A stretch of 64,000 bases of DNA from Octopus vulgaris (Eukaryota), in NCBI GenBank assembly GCA_951406725.2, contig OX597815.1, forward strand, positions 210,738,001-210,802,000, read 5' to 3'. The notes under the pieces were generated by a model. It did no database searches. It saw nothing but the letters and a program-made list of their open reading frames with translations, and was not told the origin of the DNA. Of this stretch, positions 41,051 through 54,640 are shown piece after piece (position 1 is the stretch's first letter; each line of letters opens with the position of its first letter). The position numbers and the translations under genes are program-made.

Positions 41051-44000
41051 TATTAAATTTTCAGACGCATCATGGCTTTTGTCTTACTCTGTATAGGTTA
41101 CATCAACGATAGCTATACAAGATGCAAACATGTTAAAAGTTATGAAGGTTAATAAGAAGTATCATCATGAATATACTACAACATTAATCTAAACTACAGA
41201 TGGCATATAAACTTGTAAATATTTCAATGCACAATCTCACTGCATTTTTAACTGGATATAGTTCTGTGACTTAATATATTATCTTCATGTAATTATTGGC
41301 GCCATATTTATCAGCTCAGAGAATATATTAATGAATCAGATTTCTATTACCAAGTTATTTCTTTAAAGATCAATAAAAATTGTAACACCAAAATAGGTAG
41401 TATATATGTACCAAAATAGGCAGTATATATGTACACATGCGAACTACATGATATGACTGCCAATTATATGAATATAATTTTGACATAATGCCTAAAAATT
41501 ACTGTAAGAGAATTATTCATTGAAATTTCAACAGCATTTAACAAATTTATAAGCAATAGTTAGTCAGCATAAAATGATAACCATACTAGAATAAGCACAT
41601 CGGTGAAAACATAGGATACTTCAATTCGATATCATTAATATCACAAAATGTATACTCGTACTGTGTCACGACACCCGTCGTTGAAATTCCACGGTTTAAT
41701 TAGGATTTGAGGTCATTGTAGATGTGTGGATCATCAGTCAATTAATCCGATACAAGTACCTTAGTGATACTTTATTTTATCTCGTTCAAAGAACTGAAAC
41801 ACGTATCTGAACACCACTTCTTATTGACTCACAGTATAAAGAGACATAATAATTCTGCCATATGTGCATGCAAGCATATATAGATACATGCAAATATGCA
41901 TATATACATAAGTATACATACACAAAGCAAAACATACATATGTATAGTACATTATTTATGTAATATATGAGCGCGTTTGTATGTCTTATGATAATTAAAA
42001 GAAATCAAACATCGAATATTATCAATTTCCAATGAACTTGTTTCATTTCAGACCATTTATTATATATTTTATTTGTGACTTTAACTCATTTGTAGATTGG
42101 CCTACCAGCAAGAGTAGCATACCAAAAATGTAAAAAGAAAAAATCAATAATAAATTTTTGAAATTAATGTATGTTCGAAGTACATAAACTATTTCATGCG
42201 ACTAAATTAAAAACAGGGCATTTTAAAACTGTGACGTTTTATCTTGTAACGCATTTAATATCTGATATTAATAGACATTAATATTGGTTACGTAATGTTT
42301 ATGTTTGATTCCAGTGAACGCTTGAAAGAAATAAAATGTGCTATGTATATTTCTAATATTTCTACACAATTATAAACATAAACTATATAATAAAGTCACC
42401 AACCACTCATTAAATGATACGTTCAAACTCTAAATTTGAAGAATCAAAACGGATTCTATTATATATGCCACGATTGATGCGAATGATATTACGGAATGAA
42501 CTGAACTCCAGATGGATCTAATACAGAACAGTTTACCAGAATTTCATATCTTCTCTGCTATTTAGAATATTTGAATGGTTTTCAATTTTCAGAACAGCTT
42601 AGTGAAGTCATGCATTATTCGTGTGAACAAAACATGGTTTTAATATAATGGTTGCATTTACTTTTTTTTTAACAATCTATGCAAAGAGGTACAAAATGAA
42701 AGATACGTTTTAGTCATTTGAAAATACACAGAAATGGTAACTTCATTTAATCATTTATTTTTTGCCTTCCAAATTCTAGTCACTATCTTAATGTAAAAGC
42801 CGTCGACTTGTGGCGAAAAGTTTGATACAAATGTATGATGAAGTAAAATTAACAGATTCTGAGTTTTTTTATGGCTAAAATGAGTTTTCCACGCTATAAT
42901 CGCTTCAGTTTCAGCATATAGCCAGAAAAGTAGAACTCCAAATGCGTAAACATCCGCCAAGCATCAAATAGAAATATATTCCAGCATAAATGAATATGCT
43001 AAATAATTTTCAGCGGACATCCAACATTTTTCACTTTCATTCAGATTGTTTGTTTCCAATACATACTACTTGGTATTTTAAAGGAGCAGATTCTTATTTT
43101 GATTTTGTACACCGTTCTGCTTTTGTGTATTATTCCTTTCTACCGAAATAACTAAAGGTAGTACTTATATTCTAATCGAGAAGATAGTAGCAATGTCACA
43201 TACTAAATGACCAGTGGTTCCAGAAATATACTTGGAAATTTAAATAGTTCGGACAACAATAATCCAAAGCGCAAAAAAATTACTGGCTAAATCCTAACAC
43301 TACGGCGTCCAACACCCCCACCATCACAAAAAACTTCAACAGCAACGACAACAACACCAACGACAACAATAACACCAGGAGCAATAACAGTATATTTATT
43401 TCTAATCTTCTGATTTATGTGACTTCAAGAAATTAATGGATATATTCCGATAATCACTCTCAACCGTGAACAATTTAAAAACAAGAATAACTTTGTAGTT
43501 ATTCAATGATTTTAAATAACTAGTGTTACTTTGCAATATCCAAACAAAATTTAAGGTCGGATTACACAAACTATGCGTACTTAAAAAGTCACACTATTTC
43601 GGAAATAAGACAAAAACCAATTATGTTCCTCACTGTATTCATCAGTATAAATATAAACGATACCACAGAACAATCTAACTACTAAGCAAAGTTTCTTTTG
43701 TACATAATGACCTACATAAGATATTTCTCATATATATGGAGATGTTATGATGTACACAAACATATTAGATTTGATACAGACTGTGGATTTCTCAAATTAT
43801 TGGCTTCGAAGCATTATTGATTTGCTATTAGCACTGCTTCATAAATGCACCGTATCTTCTGAATGTCTGATCTATCGCTAATTCAGAGACGCCTATTCCA
43901 TTAAAATACGTAACATTTAGATATTACTAGTGAGGCTTATATTATTACTCAATTTTTTTTTCTTCTTATCTAAAATACCTTTACCAACATGTTCAACTAA

Positions 44001-44774
44001 AATTACAACAAGCTTGACCCACTCATGTATCCTAATGAGTGGTTCAAACTGAATATCAAGTTTATAAATTATATTAGTGTATCAGTAACGGAAGATTTGT
44101 TAAAGAAATAAACGCTGAATCATTTCTTTTCATTAAGTTACGGATATAAATCAAATTTTTTTCCGACATAAATATAAATCGAAGTAATTTCTAATATTAG
44201 TTGTTTCCTAAAATATATTCCACAAAAACTCAACAAAAAATGTGTATTTCTACCTCCTCGGGACACTGTAAGTAACTATGTTGTTGCTTTTGCTGTTGAC
44301 GTCGCATTGTCATTCAGATGGTGGCTGCATTTGAGGTGTTGATAGTGTTTGAGTTCAGACAGTAATTATCCATGATCAAGCTGAGCTGTGATCCAAAGAA
44401 ACCACTACCACCACTATTCTATTGTTTTTGAACATTGTGTACTCCAATGCGAGTTATTTAGAAATGTGATAATGTATCTGGAGGTTATGATGTGATGATC
44501 TATCGAGAGCTTAAACAATCAACTAATAAAAGAAAATACCTATTACTTTTTAGCTTTATTTCTATATACTTCACTATATACAGATATCGAAAATTAAAAA
44601 GGTTTTGAAATTCTAAATCAAATTTCATTAACTAACGTTTACCCATGAGGACTAGATTGAGGCTGAGCGGGAATGGCAGAACTTTGTGAAGATGAAAGAT
44701 AACATAAGCGGAATAAACGCTATCCCACATTAATCACAACAAAATTATATATATATATTATTTTTATTTTATTT

Positions 44775-45063
44775 CATCTAGTTTCAGCTCACGGGCTGTA
44801 GCCATGCTGGGGTAACACCATTTAAAATAAATGCACCCTTTTAAAGCCTAGCCAGACTCACGGACCCGGTTTCCCGGTTTCAATGGCATTTGTGTTCCCC
44901 AGCTGGACGGGATGCCAGTCCATCGCAGCGTTACTCCTTTTTGCCACCTGACTGGAAGCAACGTGTTTTGCTCAAGAACACAACGCGTCGCTCGGTCCAG
45001 GAATCGAAACCACATTCTTACGATCATGATGCTGACACCCTAACCACTAAGCCACGCGCCTCC
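44775..45063 (-). mobile_element. tRNA-derived SINE family C (V-domain-like)
   Basis: Reverse complement GGAGGCGCGTGGCTTAGTGGTTAG (A box), GGTTTCGATTCC (B box), CTGCGATGGACTGGCATCCCGTCCAG. Confidence 0.8.
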
Positions 45064-45089
45064 TATATATATACATATATATATATATA

Positions 45090-45137
<48 letters not shown>

Positions 45138-45139
45138 CA

Positions 45140-45303
45140 TACGACAGGCTTCCTTCAGTTTCCGTCTACCAAATCCATTCACAAGGCTTTGGTCGGCCCG
45201 AGGCTATAGTAGAAGACACTTGCCCAAGGTGTCACGCAGTGGGTCTGAACCGGAAGCACGTGGTTGGTAAGCAAGCTACTTACCACACAGCCACTCCTAA
45301 GCC
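45140..45303 (-). mobile_element. SINE family A, 5' half
   Basis: Consensus head in reverse orientation. Confidence 0.88.
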
Positions 45304-45304
45304 T

Positions 45305-45356
45305 AAAAAAATATGGAACGCTTCACGAATTTGCGTGTGATCCTTGCGCAGGGGCC

Positions 45357-45395
<39 letters not shown>

Positions 45396-45412
45396 CATTG
45401 CCGAAGCAATTC
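45305..45412 (-). ncRNA. U6: U6 spliceosomal snRNA, full-length variant copy (gene or pseudogene)
   Basis: GAATTGCTTCGGCAATGCATATACTAAAATTGGAACGATACAGAGAAGATTAGCATGGCCCCTGCGCAAGGATcACACGCAAATTCGTGAAGCGTTCCATATTTTTTT; ACAGAGA box and AGC triad intact. Confidence 0.97.
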
Positions 45413-45731
45413 ATATTTTTAATTGATAGTTTATAACATATAAACTGTTGACCTAAGTTTCCGATATGCTACTGTTGCATCACAATTGGGGAATTACAGC
45501 GGTGTTTCGTGGTGTGCTACCACAACAGCTCCTTTATAGGATCCAGTTAGCTCAAGACATCATCAGGAGCAACCACGTCCGGTTTCAGCCCCTACTCCTC
45601 TACCGTTTTGACGTGGCGCCCCCCCCTTTCGGAGGTGTCTTCAGCTCAGGTGTTGAGTGCATGTCTTCTTTCTTCTTCTTTCTTCTCTTCCCTGGCCTCT
45701 TCGATGTAGCGTCAGCGAGTGTCAGCCGGTG

Positions 45732-45766
45732 ACTGACTGACTTGCCAAAAATTTTCCCTTTAAATA
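45732..45766 (-). promoter_or_regulatory. Candidate Pol II core promoter (TATA + Inr)
   Basis: TATTTAAA followed 28-32 nt later by tandem TCAGT initiator motifs, within a GC-richer island. Confidence 0.4.
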
Positions 45767-46310
45767 CCTGCTGCTAGCCTCCAGCAGGCAGCCCCTGCAA
45801 GTTGTCACGTGACACTGTCTCACCTTAACTGAGTAGTGAAGGCCCGTAGTCTTAGCCCACGCATTCTCTAAACGAGACTGTCACCTGTCAATCAGCGAAG
45901 CAGATTCAGTGTCAGCTTGTCTCACCTAATGATGTTATTTTCCTGCCTGCGTGTTATGACTTTCAAGCCATTTTCGGTCTTCCCGCTTCAGCCATATATA
46001 GAGGCTGGATTTTTCCGACCGCCTCCTGTACTCTCCTTATTAGTTTTCGCAGCTCGGAGCTAGAAAAAACGAATCTTCTTTTGGAAAGCGTTGTCATTTT
46101 CCTTTCAATGAAGCCTCTAGCCCCCACTGTCAGGTGATAATATTCGACATTCCATCCCTGTAATGATTCTGCGCGCTAATAAATCCATATTAAATCGATT
46201 ATGGTATTACACACGTCTATATAATAAACACCAGCTTATTGTTCTCAGACACACCCGAAATATTTAAGGGTTATAGAAGAGTAAATTGTCAGGATGCAAC
46301 GCTAGTAGCA

Positions 46311-46994
46311 GTAATGGTAACTGCACCATACTGACAAAGACGAATATTGAGGAGAGAGGAGATAGAAATGTAGAAGTGTTATTGAAATATATGGTAAAAT
46401 TTCCCATTGTATATAAAGTCAAGGTAACCCCATTACGTCGTTGAGAAAGGAATGTACTCTCGGCTATACAAACAATTATGGAAATTTCATGAGACATCTC
46501 GATGTTTCCATCACAGACAGACGCAACAAAAGCATCACCTATGTTCAAGTAAAACATCTTGGATTGAAGATGATGAAATTTAAGATCAAGTTAGGACTTT
46601 GTATGATCACATGAAGGTATTTTGTGTGGTCAGTAATTCACCTCCATTATGTTATAGAAAATAGTTTAACAAGTTTGAGTTTAGACATAATATACTTCAG
46701 TCTAAAATAGCGATCTTGTCACACAAATCAAATCAAAACCTGATAAGATTTTTCACTTGAACATCGGTGATGCTTTTATTACGTCTGTTTGTGATGGAAA
46801 CATCGAGATTTCTCATGAAATTTCCATTATTGTTTGTATAGCCGAGAGTACATTCCTTTCTCAACGACGTATTGGAGTTACCTTGACTTTATACACAATG
46901 GGAAATTTTACCATATATTTCAATATCACTTCTACATTTCTATCTCCTCCCTCCTCAATATTCGTCTTTGTCAGTATGGTGCAGTTACCATTAC
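46311..46994. repeat. Inverted duplication, about 240-bp arms with about 200-bp spacer
   Basis: ORFs 46264-46557(-) and 46757-47131(+) are near-identical mirror translations. Confidence 0.92.
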
Positions 46995-47314
46995 GATCAC
47001 AAATGAGAAAATCTATACTTGAAATGAAAGTACGTAACTTTTTATCGCCGATGACTGCACTCGAGTTGCTAGTTTTGAAGCAACACGCGAAGTGGCATTT
47101 GACAATGTTCCGTAAAGTGTCAAGAATTTAGAATCACCACAAACACAGACATTAGTTTCAAGTTATATAAGCAACATTTAAGTTGGATTAATAAATTATA
47201 TTATGCCTTTTTCTACGAACTGACAGGAAATGAATTCTAAGGATTTTCTCTGTTACACTTTCAAATATTTCACTGCTAATATTTTCAATGCCTTTTATCT
47301 GTTGCCTTTGATAT

Positions 47315-47700
47315 ATTTCAGTCATTACACTGCGGCCATGCTGGGGCACCACTTTGAATGAATAGAACACAGTTCTTATTTTCATTTTATAGCCTAATGC
47401 TCATTCTTTTGCCGAACCGCTAAATTGCAGGAACGTAAACACACCGACACAAGTTGTCACGCGTTCATGGGGTGGGGAACAAAGAAAGACACGAAGACAC
47501 AGGCACGCACTCACACACACACACAAATAAGTGCGCGAGCGTGATGTGTGTGTGGGGGGGGGCGACGGGCTTTTCGTCTACCAAATCCACTCGCAAGGGT
47601 TTGGTTTACCTGAAGCTATTGGAGAAGACACACGCCCAAGATTACCGCCAGGTAGTAGGATTCAACCATGTAGTTGGGAAGCAAGTTTCTTTCCACAAGC
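47315..47700 (-). mobile_element. SINE family A, degenerate
   Basis: GCGGCCATGCTGGGGCACC, TTGCCGAACCGCTAA, CTACCAAATCCACTC. Confidence 0.8.
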
Positions 47701-47837
47701 TTGTGCCATGATTATTATTTTCATAGATAAACTTATACAATACAGAGATACTTTGACCACTTATTGGAACTTTATCTATAAAAGTCTACCCACTGATGAA
47801 GATAAATGTGGTACAAATTTTATATCGAAAAATTAAA

Positions 47838-48017
47838 CGGAATGAGTGGCTGTGTGGTAAGTAGCATGCTTACCAACCATATGGTTCCGAGTTCATTCCC
47901 ACTGCGTGGCACCTTGGGAAAGTGTCTTCTACTATAGCCTCGGACTAACCAAAGTTTTTGTGAGTGGATTTGGTAGACGTAAAATGAAAGAAGCCCATCG
48001 TATATATGTATATATAA

Positions 48018-48064
<47 letters not shown>

Positions 48065-48268
48065 TGTTTGTCCCCTCAACATCGCTTGACAACCGATGCT
48101 GGTGTGTTTACGTCTCCATAACCTAGCGGTTCGGCAACAGAGACCGACAGAATAAGTACTAGGCTTACAAAGAGTAAGTCTTGGGGTTGATTTGCTCGAC
48201 TAAAGGCGGTGCTCCAGCATAATCACAGTCCTCATGACTGAAACAAGTAAAAGAGTAAAGAGTAAAGA
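47838..48268 (+). mobile_element. SINE family A
   Basis: Consensus body and tail. Confidence 0.9.
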
Positions 48269-49459
48269 GCAGAAAGAATTGAAAATCTTACATCTAAGTT
48301 TCAACAAACAGAATGAATAGAAACGTAGAAACTAGGTTTACATGTAGGAACTCAATTTATAAGAAGTTCCGAAACTATTAACAGCAAAATGTAAATATCA
48401 TGTGACCACTTATAAGTACGAATTGCAAATAACAAAATCGTGTAGGTTCTCCAATATATAAGACGATTTGCAGCAGTATCTCAAAGATTTCGTAATTGAT
48501 TTCTTTATAGTAACATTCTAGATACTTACAGGTAAAATATCCTACTAACTTATAGAAGCTAAATATGATAGTTCTTAATTCAGACGTAGAGTATAGCTGA
48601 ATCTCTTGTATTCTCTACCTAAAAGCAATGCCATATATAATATATAGAAGCCAAACGTATATCATTTTCAACATTTGAATATACACTACTGGGAAGTTAT
48701 TTATATATTGGTTTTGTGCTTACGCAACGAAATAGATTTTTGTCATACAAATAGCTAAAGTTTCTAATGAAAACTTTTCCACTGTCCATATTTTCTACAT
48801 ATTAATCTTATGCACATATACCTCTGTTCTGAAATGATACGGAAATGTACCAAAATCTGAAAGAATTTATTTAATCTTTTATAAAGCACTCAATGTCACC
48901 ATTTCCTTTCCCCAAACTTCATATTTATTTTGTGTTTTGCAACTTATTTACTTTGTATTTTAGGATACAACCTCTATTCTACTCGAAGCCTATTCAATCC
49001 GTTCAACATTTTAGGAATCGTTGTTACAAAAACCTTTTTCCTATGTTCCAAAAATCAACGCTTTTCGTTATCGAGAATATACAAAATCTATAAGAACTCG
49101 CTGCCCTTGTTATAAAAATGTACTGGCTGTAATATACTTTGAATCTGTTTCCCTAACAACATCACGGTGTCTATTGATGGACAACTGTCATGTCATTCTT
49201 GTATTCTTAAGAGAAAACAGAAATAGTTCCAATAAAAGTAAGCAAATCTCAAAACGAAATCTGTTTCAACAAAATATCTGTAATCATTGAAAATAAAAAT
49301 AAAGTTTATTTCGTATCGCAAAATGGAGTAAGTTTGATTTATAGTTGAAACAAATACTTGATAGAGTTCAACATATTTTTCATGCAAAGCGACGAAATAT
49401 TTTTCATTCAACTTGTATATTTTGAATCCTTATATAATTGTCGTTTTCAAAGTACTCAA

Positions 49460-50060
49460 CTATTCAGTCTTCCCAGTGCATATTTACGCCAGGAGCAGTA
49501 ATTTTCTTCCAGGTTTCTCGACTGATTGCCCGCTCTATGCTTATCAAAGTTTCGAAGTCACGTGATGTGTTGTCTTCCGTCATCCTCTTCCTCCTGTTGA
49601 TGCCCATCGAAACGCTGTTTTTGTGTACTGATGATCCGATCACAACAGAAAGTATCCAGCTAATCTCCTTCGATCTGACATCATGCTTCGGAGTCTTCGC
49701 GACGATGTTATCTTCGTTTCTGATATGATCATGGTCCGAGATTATCAGAATTTTATTCAAACATGTCGAAAATATTCCTACGTTTTGCTGATTTTCACAG
49801 TTTGATTTTTCCTTTTTCTTTTCCGGATAGAAATCGTTATTACAAAGTATTATACAGCGGATGTTAATGTTATTTTGCTGAAATGCTGATGTCGTCTTAC
49901 TGATTCTGTATTTAATATTGATTTCAGCTTCTATGACATAGTACTGAACACAATCAGGGAAAAACAAATCAGCTTAAGCCTTCGACACGAGGCCCTTTAC
50001 TTACCTGAGCCCATTACTGTGGGCTTCGTCTTCACAGCGTTTGTTGCCAATTCAGTCTAA
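49460..50060 (-). mobile_element. Degenerate RTE-type LINE 3' fragment
   Basis: Across frames: ELATNAVKTK..M, RISKTTSAF, CLNKIL...HIRNE, RRRLAGY, KTAFRW...GRG, SRETWK. Confidence 0.7.
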
Positions 50061-50664
50061 AAATGCATAGTCAAGAAAATTCATAGTAACTTATCTGTGT
50101 AGAATGATAAACAAAGTATAATGTATGTATTCATAATCTATTTATAGGGTAAGACTTTTGCTCGTGATTTCAAAACATTGTTCTCTTTAATTATTTAGTC
50201 TGTGAACAATCGATGGGGTGTATTGAGGATCGCAGGATTAATGTGGTAGAAAAGCGATTGGGAATCGGTTGCATGTTGTATATATATATATATATCACAA
50301 ATTCTTTGTAAACTCCTAAATATATCTCCTTCTGTGTATATATATACTACCAAAATATGACCTTTTTGAACTTGTAATTTTCCGTGTATATATATAGATA
50401 CTTCCAAACAAACATGATTTTTAATGAAATCTTAATATTTTCAATGAACTTTTTATTTTCCTTGTAAACTGTTTTAACATTTTTTCTTATTATTATCAAA
50501 GAATGTATATATTTTTAATGAACTTTTTAATATTTTCTCAAGATTTTTTCTTTGTAAACTGTTTTAACATTTTTATTATTATTATCAAAGAATATATATA
50601 TATATTGTAATATTTTGTGACAACCAGTATTTAACACAAAAAGAATTTTACAAAGCTTTTACAT

Positions 50665-50712
50665 TTTACTTTTGACAATCTTTTTCTAAAAAAATGAAAC
50701 CGGTGAAGTGAA
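50665..50712 (+). ncRNA. Hammerhead-like motif, U3-A8 variant, cleavage site changed to UG
   Basis: TTTACTT-TTGACAA-tcTTTTT-ct-AAAAAaat-GAAA-CCGG-TG-AAGTGAA; 7-bp stem I; element about 50295-50810 between TA tracts. Confidence 0.55.
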
Positions 50713-50805
50713 TAAACACCTTTTAAAATTGCATTTTCAAACCTTCTTTCATATATAATTCAACTCGTGCGGTATCTTACAACTTCACTGCGGTATCTTA
50801 CAACT

Positions 50806-50849
<44 letters not shown>

Positions 50850-51585
50850 ACCGTGCACAGAGTGAGACAGAGAGATGTCCATATATGCACATATACAGGT
50901 ACATGAATGTACTCAGTGTTTATTGACATTTAAAAAAATATCTTGATATTGTGTCTCAAGTTTCCTCAGAGATGATCGATCTTTCTTTGCATAGACAAGA
51001 ATCGTAGGAGCTCTCCAAGAAAAAGTAAACACGGATTATCGTTACTCTGTAACATTGAGTTCTTCCTTATAACTACGATTATGTCAACGAAATCTCTTTC
51101 ATTCTCCCCTTGTCTTCTCTCTCTCTCTCTCTCTCTATCTGTCTATACGTACATACACACATCTATAGTTGCATATACATAACACACACAACACACAACA
51201 CACACACGCGCATATAATTTTAAAGTCTGTTGAACACTTGAAGTGTTTATTCCCAGACATTATATCATTGCGGACTGGCAGGAGTGCCGTTGTCAACAAT
51301 AGTTTGCCACAGAACGTTGTCAAAGTGAATACACTCTGAAGTATTTTCAAGAAAAGGAACTAAAAAGTTATTACAGCTAACAAAGATTTTCATTAAATAC
51401 CAAAACACCATACCTAGTAGAGAAAATTGAATAAAAATAACGAATTACAATAAAAAGCGTAAGAAGAATTAAATCAAGATATGATATAATAAATGTTGTA
51501 TACAAACTTTTGAAGAACTTTCATAGGTGTGAAGTATTTAGAATGTCCTCAATGTAAAGGGTAGCTAATATTCAGACCAATGCAT

Positions 51586-52118
51586 GGCGGTGATCTGACA
51601 GAATTGCTAGCACGCTGAACAAAATGCGAAGTGATATTTTGTCCGTCTTTACGTTCTGAGTTCAAATTCCGCTGAGGTCGACTTTGCCTATCATCCTATC
51701 GGATTTGATACAATAAGTACCAGTTGAGCACTGGAGTCGATATGATCGACTTACCGTGGAGGCATATGGCCTAGGGGTTAGAGCAGCGGACTCGCCGTCG
51801 AGGGATTGCGGGTTCGAATTCAGACCGGGCGATGTGTGTGTTTATGAGTAAAACGCCTAAGCTCCAAGCGGCTCCAGCAGAAGGTAGAGGCGAACCTCTG
51901 CTGACTCTTTCGCCACAACTTTCTCTCACTCTTTCCTCCTGCATCTAGCAGCTCACCTACGATGGACCGGCGTCCCATCCAGGTGGGGAATCTATACGCC
52001 AAAGGAAACCGAGAAACCGGCCCTTATGAGTCAGGCATGGCTTCAGAAGGAACAAACAAACAGCAATCGACTTACGCTTCTCTCGAACTTGCTGGCTTCG
52101 TGCCAAAATTTGAAATCA
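51586..52118 (+). mobile_element. SINE family B interrupted by a younger SINE
   Basis: Family B head and Nin/Deu-like domain; tail resumes at 52066. Confidence 0.8.
51755..52065 (+). mobile_element. tRNA-derived V-domain-like SINE with 10-bp TSD
   Basis: A box TGGCCTAGGGG, B box GGTTCGAATTC, CGATGGACCGGCGTCCCATCCAGG, (AAAC)n tail; TSD ATCGACTTAC at 51745-51754 and 52066-52075. Confidence 0.88.
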
Positions 52119-52348
52119 AGATTTAGATCAATGTATTTAGGCATCAGATATCGAGTTCTTAAATCTATTTAACCCAATAAATTCGTTATTTTTTTATACG
52201 TATTACATTACTTATAGCAGGTGATAATTTTTTAATGAAAGCTGCTCACAATGCCAAATACTCTTCTTAGTCGTTAGTCTTTTTGCAATCGAGTAATCAA
52301 TAATCAAACGAATATAGTTTGATGAGTGTGTATATATTTATATATATG

Positions 52349-54640
52349 CTAGCGGGCTCCATGAATTTCTCACGGAATTAATAGTAAAAACGTTATCCAA
52401 ATAAACTGAATGAGTAGCCTGCGTTGTGTCTGTATCAAAAGATAGTCACTCATTTGCAATTCATTGAAAAATGAAGGAAATTGGAATACGATGATTACTT
52501 AATGTACTTTATATATATAGTTTATGTACCTTATGCACAATTTTATAGACTTAATACACAACACTCATAAAATATATATTCACTCTTATTTTTCCATTTT
52601 CTCTATAGAGAAGAAATTATTAGGTCATTCTATAAGTTATGTCCAATTTATGATTTTTTAAATTGAATGAAATTTAATAGTATTTAAGAATGTCTAATGG
52701 AATTAAAAATTCTTTTTATGCATTTGTGTAAATCTAAACTAAATACGTATTATTCTACAGAATAATAGAGTTAAAATTTCTTTGATGAAAACCCTTTCTA
52801 ACATGGAATTATACAAAGAGCATTTGAGGCACATAATTCTTTATGAGTACAAAAAAAGGAAACTCTGCAGCCGAAGCGACTCGAGACATACAGCCAGTTT
52901 ATGGGAAAGAATGCTTGAATGAAAGAACTTGCAGAAGATGGTTTGCAAAATTCAGAAGTGGAGATTTCAACCTTGAAGATGAAGATCGAACAGGACGTCC
53001 AGTTGAGTTTGATGATAAGTTCCTTGAGGCATTACTTGAAGAAAATCCTGCATTATCAGTTGAAGAATTGGCAATAAAGCTATAGTTCTAACCACACAAC
53101 TGTTCATCGTCATCTTCAACAACTTGGAAAATGGGTGCCCCATAAATTGTCCGAAAGCAACTGCAAATCCAGAGTTGATGTCTGCGCTCTTCTCTCCATT
53201 CTCGTGAACTCATTTGACCCTTTTTGGATAGACTCGTGACTGGTGACGAAAAATGGATCTTCTATTGAAATGATAAACGTCGTAAACAGTGGCTTGCGAA
53301 AGAGAAAAAGCTCAACCACGATCGAGAAGAGAACTTCATGGGAAAAAGGTTCTTCTCTCTATCTGGTGGGATTGCAAATGATTAATTCACTTTGAATTGT
53401 TACCACCCAATGCAACACTCAATGCTCAAGTCTACTGTCAGCAATTAGACCGTTTGAAACACACTTTGAAAAAAAAAACACACCCACTTTAGTGAATCGA
53501 AAACGAGTGATGTTTCATCAGGACAATGTGTGATCCCACACTGCAAAGATCACATCACAGAAGCTCGAAGAGCTTGGTTGGGATAAAATCCTTATCTACC
53601 TTATTCTCCTGATCTTGCTCCTTCAGACTACCATTTGTTTCATAGTTTACAAAATCATTTAGGGGACATAACTTTCGTAAGCCAGGAGGAGGTCGAAACT
53701 GACACTTCCGAGTTCTTCGCTTTGAAGCCAAAAGAGTTTTACATTGATGGGATTAAAAAGCCTTATAAATAGATTGAAGGAAGTCATAGATAATCAGGAA
53801 AGGTACATTGAGGATTAAATTTCAATTAAATATAACATTTGATCACTTCTTTTCTTTATTCAAAATTCGGACAGGATTTATGGGATGACCTCAAGCATTT
53901 TAAATATCACATGGTCACAACTACATATCTAGAAAACAAAAATTTTTTAAATCATTTTTTAAATGATTTTATATACAACATATCGAGGTCACAATTTCAC
54001 GGGGGTAAAACTTTAATGCCCTATGGCATACTCAGAAAATTACATCGCTGGGTAATTATAAGCCAAAGCGATGGCTCAGAGCCAATACACATTTCAATTT
54101 GCGTACGCCTTTCAATCCAATACTTTGAAGATTATGTTCTTCGTGTAAATTCCCCCCCTTCTTTTCCCTTGTTTGTCAGTGTTGATAACTTTAACCCTCG
54201 CAACATATAGCTGACCATGGCCGAATACAGGTTCAGCCAAGAACAGGCCCATTTTATCAAATGTCCGTCCTTATGACATATGAGAGGCAAACGGGAAATT
54301 GGTTTCTTTCTAAAGTGAATGGCACGTTTGAGATGCGCATGCCTTTCTATACCTTCCCCATCAGAACATCACTCCTCTGCTAAAATTATATTCTTAACCC
54401 TCCTCTATATCACTACCTTCTACTAACATATTTAACCAAGTAATAAATATTACGTTTCCCCCTATTTTATATTCTCTCTCTCTGACTTTTCTCTCTCTGT
54501 CTTTTCTCTCTCTTTCTGCCTCAATTCTTCGCCTTATCCTCTTTTTCTCTCCTCCTCTTTTCTTTCTCCCTCTCTTTCTCAAAACACATGAAAGCGTTCC
54601 CGACGCGCTAAGTAATGTAATGACAAGCAGAATTTTAAGA
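52349..54640 (-). mobile_element. Probable non-autonomous Helitron hosting the mariner
   Basis: Minus strand begins A|TC at 54640 and ends with hairpin CCGTG...CATGG plus CTAG at 52349; 54405-54635 is homologous to 60855-61070. Confidence 0.55.
52620..53892 (+). mobile_element. Full-length mariner (DD34D) transposon with disrupted transposase
   Basis: About 30-bp TIRs (TTAGGTCATTCTATAAGTTATGTCC / GGACAGGATTTATGGGATGACCTCA); frame 52803-53818 with RRWFAKF, WVPHKL, TGDEKW, YSPDLAPSDY; frameshifts and stops. Confidence 0.93.

Noticed and set aside
49464-49967. 167-aa ORF as a host gene
   Set aside because: Explained by a decayed RTE LINE with motifs spread over frames
50005-50056. 52-nt exon-like segment with strong splice sites on the minus strand
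   Set aside because: The peptide matches the RTE 'GL.IN..KTK.M' motif, so it lies within the LINE remnant; exonisation cannot be shown
51757-51830. tRNA gene
   Set aside because: tRNA-like head of a SINE with a body, tail and TSD
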